Shown: piece by piece, positions 41,601 to 46,949 of the stretch
Layout: the number at the start of each line of letters is the position of its first letter
How positions within the stretch are numbered: position 1 is the first letter of the stretch
Assembly (NCBI GenBank): GCA_021812305.1
Contig: JAKAOB010000002.1
Coordinates: 1 to 46,949, forward strand
Reading direction: 5' to 3'
Source: Thermoplasmata archaeon
GTDB taxonomy: Archaea; Thermoplasmatota; Thermoplasmata; Lutacidiplasmatales; UBA184
Length of the DNA stretch: 46,949 bases
Translations under genes and position numbers: made by a program
Notes under the pieces: model-generated
What the model was told of the DNA's origin: nothing
Database searches by the model: none
The model's input: the letters and a program-made list of their open reading frames with translations, nothing else

Positions 41601-41931
41601 CGTCCTCGAGGAGGTCGACCGGGGCGGGATCGACCTGATGCTCAACATCCCCTCCTCGCTCACCCAGGAGAAGCTCGAGCGGATGCTCGAGGACGAGTAC
41701 GTCCTTCGACGCCGGGCGATCGAGCTCGGGATCCCGCTCTTCACGAGCCTCGAGCCGTTCACCGCCTACATCGAGGGGCTCGCGTGGCTCGACGAGCATC
41801 CCGTCACCGTCGAGCCGCTCTACGGCTCGCCGGAAGCGGGCGCTCCCGCGGTGCCGCGGGCGCCGCTCAGCGTGCCGGTCCCGCGTCTGGCCCCGGCCCG
41901 TCGCCGGGCGCGGCGGTCGGCGTCGCGCTAG
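38614..41931 (+). CDS. carB: carbamoyl-phosphate synthase large subunit
   Basis: GTG 38614 overlaps the carA TGA (GTGA). [24 protein letters not shown], two ATP-grasp halves, and an MGS-like C-terminus. Confidence 0.95.
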   Translation: [1105 protein letters not shown]

Positions 41932-42614
41932 AACGGGAACTTCGTCACCGTGTACTCGGGGACGACGGTGCTCGTGTCGAGCACCTCGGGGATCGCGCGG
42001 ATCCGCTCCGTGACGAAGTCCAGGACCGCGCGCTTGCGGCCCCGGGCGATCTCGAACTCGAGCACGATGAAGACGTCCCAGTCCCCGGTCAAGAAGTGCA
42101 TCTCGCGGACCTCGGCCAGGCCCAGGAGGGTCTCGCGGATGCGCTCGAGGTCCCCGCCGCGGACCTTGAGGTAGGTGTACGCCCGCTGCGCCTGCAGCTC
42201 GGCCGGCATCATCTCGCAGAGGTGCTCCTCCGTGAACCGCTCGCATCCCTCGAGCCGCGCGTCGCCCGGCCCGATGAGGACCGGGAAGGTCTGGACGCCG
42301 CGCAGGCGCTCCGTGACGAGCCGCTCGAAGCGGCCGACCCTCGCGACGTCGACGACCTTGATCGCGTAGCCGCGCTTCGCGGCCAGCTCCTCGGTGAGGG
42401 CCACGCACCGGGCCTGGTCGTCCGAAAGGAAGTACGTCTCCTCCGTCGCCCGGGACGCCTCGGAGTCCATGTGGGGCGGCTGGCGGTACTCCGTGACCCC
42501 GCCCTCCTCCGGGTGCGAGGCCGCCCCCGTGGGGCTCGGGGGCCGGTAGAAGCTCGTCACGGCCTTCCGGCTCTGGACGTAGAGACTGAGCTCGCGCCGC
42601 TGTTCTTCGGGCAT
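41928..42614 (-). CDS. Lrp/AsnC-type ligand-binding (RAM) domain protein with a glutaredoxin-like N-terminal region and no HTH
   Basis: C-terminal AYTYLKVRGGDLERIRETLLGLAEVREMHFLTGDWDVFIVLEF is the AsnC_trans_reg pattern. The N-terminal half has YFLSDDQARC...VQTFPVLIG. Its stop overlaps the carB stop in the sequence CTAG. Confidence 0.7.
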   Translation of the reverse strand: MPEEQRRELSLYVQSRKAVTSFYRPPSPTGAASHPEEGGVTEYRQPPHMDSEASRATEETYFLSDDQARCVALTEELAAKRGYAIKVVDVARVGRFERLVTERLRGVQTFPVLIGPGDARLEGCERFTEEHLCEMMPAELQAQRAYTYLKVRGGDLERIRETLLGLAEVREMHFLTGDWDVFIVLEFEIARGRKRAVLDFVTERIRAIPEVLDTSTVVPEYTVTKFPF

Positions 42615-42643
42615 GGAACGGTCGGCGGAAAGGGTGGGGGCTC

Positions 42644-42650
42644 TATTTAA
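42644..42650 (-). promoter_or_regulatory. TATA box for the RAM-domain gene
   Basis: TTAAATA on the minus strand, 30-36 nt upstream of ATG 42614. Confidence 0.45.
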
Positions 42651-42676
42651 CGAATGACGCCGAGAGGGAAAGGGTA

Positions 42677-42698
42677 GGGGCGGGCCGAAGCCCGCCCC
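42677..42698 (-). terminator. hairpin downstream of ssb
   Basis: GGGGCGGGC-CGAA-GCCCGCCCC, a perfect 9-bp stem, lies 25 nt after the ssb stop. On the transcribed strand it is followed by a pyrimidine-rich CCCTTTCCCTCT. Confidence 0.45.
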
Positions 42699-42722
42699 GT
42701 TCCGGTCGGGTCGCCGGGCGGC

Positions 42723-43226
42723 TCAGTAGCGCTTGTACGACTCGGAGCGCTCGCGGCCACCGCCGCCACCGCCCCCGCCGTACCCGCGCCCGCCACCGTA
42801 GCCACCGCCGCCGCCGCCACCGGGCCGGTCGCGGTAGCCGCCACCGCCCCCGAAGGAGCGGCGCTCGGACTCGAACTCCTGCTGGCTCATGTCGAGGGTC
42901 TGGTTGACCTCGCCGATCGGGTCTGTCGACTTCGTGAGGTTGCCGTAGCGGCCGACGTTGAGGCGCATGTGGCCCCGGACGAGGGAGACGTAGCCGTTGT
43001 CGACCAGGATGATGTCGTCCTTCGCGATCGACCCGATCTGCTCGTTCCACAGCGACAGCGTGATCGTGGCGGTGTCGTCGCCGATGACCGCCTCGGCCAC
43101 CTTGCGGGGGTCGCCGTACTTGCCCATGACCTCCTTCGCCTCGCCCACGTTCAGTACCTTCGCGTGGACGTTCACTTGCTTCGAGCTCGGGGTCAGGTCG
43201 CGCACTTTCGTCAGGGGTTTCTCCAT
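42723..43226 (-). CDS. ssb: single-stranded DNA-binding protein, crenarchaeal-type single OB fold with a Gly/Arg-rich tail
   Basis: VNVHAKVLNVGEAKEV...KVAEAVIGDDTATITLSLWNEQIGSI...LNVGRYG parallels Sulfolobus SSB. The C-terminal tail is GGGGGYRDRPGGGGGGGYGGGRGYGGGG. Confidence 0.88.
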   Translation of the reverse strand: MEKPLTKVRDLTPSSKQVNVHAKVLNVGEAKEVMGKYGDPRKVAEAVIGDDTATITLSLWNEQIGSIAKDDIILVDNGYVSLVRGHMRLNVGRYGNLTKSTDPIGEVNQTLDMSQQEFESERRSFGGGGGYRDRPGGGGGGGYGGGRGYGGGGGGGGRERSESYKRY

Positions 43227-43371
43227 GTCGGTTCCTCTTCGCGTTTCGCGTGGGTCCGAACCCTAGGGCCCGAGCCCAATCCAAGCATCTCGGGTCAGAA
43301 GTAAGGTCTGACGGGGCGCTCGAACAGGGTCGGGCTTTCGGGTTCTACTGAACGTGAGGATTCGGCCGCTG

Positions 43372-43380
43372 TATTTAAAG
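43372..43380 (+). promoter_or_regulatory. TATA box upstream of the TPR gene leader
   Basis: TATTTAAAG, about 115 nt upstream of the preferred start at 43494. Confidence 0.5.
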
Positions 43381-43493
43381 ACTGTCCCGGCGTGAGCCGG
43401 CGTCGCTCACCGGTGCGCCCCGAGGGCGGGACCATCGCTCCGGGGACTCGGCAGGCTTTTTTCCCGGGCCCGACTTGCGCGACCGGGGGCACC

Positions 43494-44243
43494 GTGAGCC
43501 AGCGCTTCGACCTGGGCGTTCATTACTTCCTCAAGGGGGAGTACGATCGGGCCGTCCGGGCCTTCCAGGACGTCCTGATGGACGACCCGAACAACGCCCG
43601 GGCGCTGACGTACCTCGGCGTCTCGCTCGCGCACCTCGGACGCGCCGCGGAGTCCGAAGCGACCCTCTCGCGGGCGATCTCGCTCGGCCCGCAGAACGGC
43701 GAGGCCTGGTTCCACCTCGGCGTCGCCCGGTCGCTGCGCAGCGAATGGCCGGAGGCCGTTTCGGCCTACCGCCACGCCGTCGCGCTCCTCCCCGGCGACC
43801 TCGTCGCCTGGCACCGCCTCGGCGTCGCGCTCGCGGAGAGCGGGGACGAGGACGCCGCCTCGGCGGCGTTCGAACGGGCGCTCGTGCTCTCCCGCGAGAC
43901 CTCGACCGCGCCGCTCGAGGAGCCGGTCCCCCTGCGCGCCGATCCGCACCTCACCGAGGTCGGCGAAAAGGAGGGCATGCGGGAGGCGCAGAGCTGGATC
44001 GACCTGGCCCTCTCGCTCCTGAGCCTCGGGGAGGAAGAGGAGGCGATGGCCGCCTACGACCGCGCGCTCAGCCTCGACCCGGAACGCGCGCGCCGCTCGC
44101 TGTTCTCGCCGATGCTGCGTCTGCTGACGGCGGTGAGCGGCCAGCCGGTCGAGGACGAGCCCGAGGAGGAGGACGCCGAGGGCCCCGCCCCGAGGGTGTA
44201 TCGCCCACCGGGCGGACCCGACGACCGTCCCGAGATCGCCTGA
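43494..44243 (+). CDS. TPR-repeat protein
   Basis: At least four TPR units (YFLKGEYDRAVRAFQDVL, ALTYLGVSLAHLGR, AWFHLGVA, AWHRLGVALAESGD). I prefer GTG 43494 because codons 43392-43493 of the track ORF have poor third-position GC and contain a T6 run. Confidence 0.75.
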   Translation: MSQRFDLGVHYFLKGEYDRAVRAFQDVLMDDPNNARALTYLGVSLAHLGRAAESEATLSRAISLGPQNGEAWFHLGVARSLRSEWPEAVSAYRHAVALLPGDLVAWHRLGVALAESGDEDAASAAFERALVLSRETSTAPLEEPVPLRADPHLTEVGEKEGMREAQSWIDLALSLLSLGEEEEAMAAYDRALSLDPERARRSLFSPMLRLLTAVSGQPVEDEPEEEDAEGPAPRVYRPPGGPDDRPEIA

Positions 44244-44426
44244 GCGGCCCGCGGGCCGCGGGGGCGACGCCCCCCGGGGTGGATCGGGACCCGAGGCTCC
44301 GCCCCGCCGGTCCGCACGACCGCGCCGCGGGCCCCGCCGGATCCCCCCCTCCGCGGGCTCCGGGAGTGGGGCCCCGCCAGGTTCGGCCATCCCGTCCTGG
44401 AGGCGCCGGGCGCCCGGACCGCGCCG

Positions 44427-45629
44427 TCAGTCGCCGTCCGGCCCCGCGGAGGACGCGGGCGCGCCCCCGGTCGGGGGGAACGGCGCCTCGGCACCCTCCG
44501 GCGGCCGGTCGATGATGAGCGACGCGGCATAGTCGCGGACCTTCTCCCGCCGGGCCCGGTGCTCCTCGAGGAACCCCTGGACCCGTTCGATCAGCATCCC
44601 CTTGCACTCGCCGCAGAGCAGCGTGCCCTGGCGGCAGCCCTCGGTGATCCGCGTGAACTCCGCCTCGTCCGGGGCGAACTTCGACCGCCACGCTGCCCAC
44701 ACCGAGCAGATCTCGGGCGTCGCCCCGAGGCGGCGCTGCTCCTCGACGCTCGCGCGCCCGCCGGTGAAGGCCTTCCGGATCTTGCGGTCGATCTCCTTCG
44801 GCGGATCGTTGAGGAAGAGCGCGTTGTCCCTCCCGTCGCCGGTCGTGGACATCACGCGCCCTCCGAGGAGGCCGGGGAGCATCTGCGACAGGAGCAGGGC
44901 CGGCTTCGGGTAGCCGAGCCCCTCGGCGATGTCCCGCGTGACACGGAAGTGCGGATCCTGATCGATCCCGCAGGGGATGAGGCAGGGAACGGCGCGCTTC
45001 GCGACCCACGACGGGTAGAAGCACGGCACGGTCTGGAGCGCCGTGTAGAACACGAGCCCGACGTTCTGGCTGGGGGGAAAGCCGAAGACGGCGCGGACGG
45101 TGGAGTACGGGACCTTCTTCGCCACGTCGACGGCGAGCGGGTAGAGGGCCGCGATCGAGCGGGTGTCGAAGAAGACGTGCGTCCGCTTCGGGTCGAACCC
45201 GACGGCCAGGAGATCGAGGAGGTTCTCCCAGCCCCACCGGGCGGTCTCGGACCGCGTGAGGTGCGGGCGGAACCAGAACTTCTCGTCGTCGGTGATCTGG
45301 ATGTACATGGGCACGTCGAACTTCTCCTGCACCCAGCGGCACAGGTCGAACGGCACGAGGTGGGCGGTGTGGAGGGGCCCGGAGGGCCCCCGGCCGGAGT
45401 AGAGGAAGAAGCGCCGGCCCCGCGCATGGTCGGCCAGCAGGGCGGCGAGGTCCCGATGGGAGTAGTAGATCCCACGCCGGAGCAGCGGGTGGAGCTCCCC
45501 CGCGACCGACCGGATGCCCTCGAGAATCTCCGGGGTCAGGCGCTCGGCCCCGAACTTCTCCCGGAGGCGGTCGTGGTCGACGGGGCCCCGGACCTCGTAG
45601 GGAGTGACGACGAACTCCTCGTCCGCCAC
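44427..45629 (-). CDS. trpS: tryptophanyl-tRNA synthetase, archaeal/eukaryotic type, with a C-terminal four-Cys motif
   Basis: YSGRGPSGPLHTAHL (HIGH region), QITDDEKF, GIDQDPHFR, and a VMSTT KMSKS-like loop. C308-x23-C-x6-C-x2-C lies near the C-terminus. Confidence 0.92.
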   Translation of the reverse strand: MADEEFVVTPYEVRGPVDHDRLREKFGAERLTPEILEGIRSVAGELHPLLRRGIYYSHRDLAALLADHARGRRFFLYSGRGPSGPLHTAHLVPFDLCRWVQEKFDVPMYIQITDDEKFWFRPHLTRSETARWGWENLLDLLAVGFDPKRTHVFFDTRSIAALYPLAVDVAKKVPYSTVRAVFGFPPSQNVGLVFYTALQTVPCFYPSWVAKRAVPCLIPCGIDQDPHFRVTRDIAEGLGYPKPALLLSQMLPGLLGGRVMSTTGDGRDNALFLNDPPKEIDRKIRKAFTGGRASVEEQRRLGATPEICSVWAAWRSKFAPDEAEFTRITEGCRQGTLLCGECKGMLIERVQGFLEEHRARREKVRDYAASLIIDRPPEGAEAPFPPTGGAPASSAGPDGD

Positions 45630-45639
45630 GGCCCTTCGC

Positions 45640-45951
45640 CTACGCCTCCGGGAAGGTGATCTTGGAGAGGAGGGCCTCGCGCTCCTGCAGGGGGACCCCC
45701 GCCGAGGAGAGGGCCTCCGCGACGCACGAGCGGCTGTGATTGTGGTAGATGGTGTGCCCGCACCCGGGACAGCTCGCCCATCCCTGGATGATGCGCCGCA
45801 GCCCCTCCCGGCTCGACGAGGAGTCCCGGCGCGCGAACCGGTCGACGAGGACCGCCGCCCCGCTCGAGCTCTCGAGGTTCGTGAGCCCGACCCGGACCGG
45901 GGTATTGCAGACCGGGCACCGAGCGGGGGCGCGGCAGGTGCACCGCATCAA
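45640..45951 (-). CDS. small zinc-binding protein (hypothetical)
   Basis: CTC-x6-CPVC and CPGCGH...H-x-H-xxx-C clusters. High third-position GC. TATA-like box 22-29 nt upstream. The stop lies 10 nt before the trpS start. Confidence 0.65.
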   Translation of the reverse strand: MMRCTCRAPARCPVCNTPVRVGLTNLESSSGAAVLVDRFARRDSSSSREGLRRIIQGWASCPGCGHTIYHNHSRSCVAEALSSAGVPLQEREALLSKITFPEA

Positions 45952-45972
45952 ATCCCCTTGACCCGCGTACGA

Positions 45973-45980
45973 GTTAAAAC
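45973..45980 (-). promoter_or_regulatory. TATA-like box for the zinc protein - trpS unit
   Basis: GTTTTAAC on the minus strand, 22-29 nt upstream of ATG 45951. Confidence 0.45.
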
Positions 45981-46046
45981 GTACCCACGGACGACGCAGG
46001 GCGTCGACCGCCGTCCTCCCCCCCAGCCGACGGGCCCCCCGGGGGG

Positions 46047-46053
46047 CTTAAGG
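46047..46053 (+). promoter_or_regulatory. TATA-like box for wHTH paralogue 1
   Basis: CTTAAGG, 25-31 nt upstream of GTG 46078. Confidence 0.4.
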
Positions 46054-46077
46054 GGCGGGGGGAGCTCGGCGTCCCCG

Positions 46078-46419
46078 GTGGCGACGCTCGGCCCGGCCTC
46101 ATCGGCATGGGCCCTCCACGAGACCCTGCTCGAGGTCCTCCGCCGCCTGAACCAGGCCGAGGGCCGCGACCTGGACGTCCCCGGGCTCGAGTACGCCGAG
46201 CTCGAACGGGCCATGCGACTGTTCTGGGCCGCGCTGGCCGGCGAGGTCGAGCTCGACTTCGCCCTCCGCCTCCTCGTCGAGAACGGGCTCGTCGGACAGC
46301 AGGACGCTCCGGCCTACTCCTGGGAGCGGCGACGGCTCGTCGGCGAACGGTTCCGCATCACGACGCTCGGCAAGTCGTACCTCGTCCGCCAGATCGAGGA
46401 GTCCGACCGCATCCGCTGA
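46078..46419 (+). CDS. small winged-helix-like protein, paralogue 1
   Basis: GTG 46078 lies 25-31 nt after CTTAAGG. It aligns along its whole length with the next gene (LLEVLRRLNQA.../...LVENGLVGQQDAPAYSWERRR..ERFRITTLGKSYLVRQIEESDRI). Confidence 0.65.
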   Translation: MATLGPASSAWALHETLLEVLRRLNQAEGRDLDVPGLEYAELERAMRLFWAALAGEVELDFALRLLVENGLVGQQDAPAYSWERRRLVGERFRITTLGKSYLVRQIEESDRIR

Positions 46420-46441
46420 CCCGCGGCCGCCGCGCGAGGCT

Positions 46442-46450
46442 CCATATACC
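46442..46450 (+). promoter_or_regulatory. TATA-like box for wHTH paralogue 2
   Basis: CCATATACC, 27-35 nt upstream of ATG 46477. Confidence 0.45.
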
Positions 46451-46476
46451 CCTTCCCCGCGTAATCTTCCGATACG

Positions 46477-46821
46477 ATGGTCCCCCCGGCGGCCACGCAG
46501 GACCCGGTGCGCGCCACCCTGGTGGCGATCCTGAAGCAGCTCAACCAGGCGATGTCCCAGAACGAGGGGAAGGTCGAGGAGCAGGCGCTCGAACTGCCGG
46601 AGATCGAGCAGCGCCTCCAGGACTTCTGGGCCGTCAGCCAGGGAGCGATCAAGGTCTCGCTCGCGCTCGGCCTGCTGCTGAGGAACGGGCTGGTCGGGGT
46701 CCAGGACCGATCGGGCTACTCCTGGCAGCGGCAGCGGGCCGCCCGCCAGCGCTTCGTCATCACGGCGGCGGGCAAGAAGTTCCTCGTGGACGCCCTCGAG
46801 ACCTCCGACCGCATCGCCTAG
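46477..46821 (+). CDS. small winged-helix-like protein, paralogue 2
   Basis: ATG 46477 lies 27-35 nt after CCATATACC. LVAILKQLNQA...LLRNGLVGVQDRSGYSWQRQR..QRFVITAAGKKFLVDALETSDRI. Confidence 0.7.
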   Translation: MVPPAATQDPVRATLVAILKQLNQAMSQNEGKVEEQALELPEIEQRLQDFWAVSQGAIKVSLALGLLLRNGLVGVQDRSGYSWQRQRAARQRFVITAAGKKFLVDALETSDRIA

Positions 46822-46837
46822 GCGTGAGTTTGGCACT

Positions 46838-46949
46838 TTATAAGCCACCTTCGACGCCCGGGAACTGACCCTTTTCGGCGAGCGAGAAGACCTGCACGAG
46901 GTGCGCCAGAGTTCCATCCGCCCGGGTCAACTTCCGCACCGCTCCGACC
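46838..46949 (-). CDS. 3' end of an unidentified gene entering from beyond the window end
   Basis: The reverse frame reads VGAVRKLTRADGTLAHLVQVFSLAEKGQFPGVEGGL then TAA. It is too short to assign and third-position GC is only moderate. Confidence 0.3.
   Translation of the reverse strand, partial: VGAVRKLTRADGTLAHLVQVFSLAEKGQFPGVEGGL

Noticed and set aside
42726-42850. GGN/CCN tandem repetition that looks like a simple repeat.
   Set aside because: It encodes the Gly/Arg-rich C-terminal tail of SSB, a normal feature of this SSB type and not an independent repeat element.
46837-46847. CTTTATAAGCC after wHTH paralogue 2 as a promoter TATA box.
   Set aside because: It more likely contains the TAA stop (46838-46840, minus strand) of a convergent gene entering from the window end. 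No plus-strand ORF follows it.
1-46949. CRISPR arrays, IS elements, transposases, integrases and rRNA genes.
   Set aside because: I found no regularly spaced direct repeats, no terminal inverted repeats flanking a transposase-like ORF, and no rRNA-like conserved stretches on reading both strands.

Overview
This is a very GC-rich archaeal chromosome segment. Archaeal markers include TFS, RpoL, archaeosine synthase, a crenarchaeal-type SSB with an RGG tail, and archaeal-type TrpRS and AsnRS. TATA-like boxes sit 22-36 nt upstream of most start codons, which implies mostly leaderless mRNAs. A Thermoplasmatota-like lineage is my guess only. I support about 50 protein-coding genes and one tRNA-Val(UAC). 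I saw no rRNA, CRISPR array, transposase or integrase. Most content is housekeeping: asnS, tfs, purD, rpoL, kptA, dut, ubiD/ubiA, arcS, carAB, ssb, trpS. These are interleaved with small accessory blocks. Many long ORFs in the track are antisense or out-of-frame shadows of real genes, which is typical at this GC content. Items most worth a second look: (1) A ppx gene is followed without spacing by two overlapping thymidylate-kinase-like paralogues, one with a degenerate Walker A, next to a divergent PhoU-type regulator; I read this as a candidate heteromeric polyphosphate-kinase module rather than two dTMP kinases. (2) The first Tmk-like gene and arcS both have conserved N-terminal coding sequence with no ATG/GTG/TTG available, and the Tmk-like frame is entered from the ppx UGA by a +1 shift. 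(3) A tightly coupled four-gene operon has no obvious known pathway: a cDPG-synthetase-like COG2403 protein, a BioD/CobQ-like P-loop protein, an ABC exporter and a cytosolic M14 peptidase. A perfect palindrome lies between its TATA box and start codon. (4) A lower-GC two-ORFan islet sits immediately 3' of tRNA-Val. (5) An orphan SPPY methyltransferase has an N-terminal wHTH, followed by an internally duplicated zinc-ribbon miniprotein. (6) Two small wHTH-like proteins are tandem paralogues. All functional calls come from motif recognition by eye; no database search was possible.
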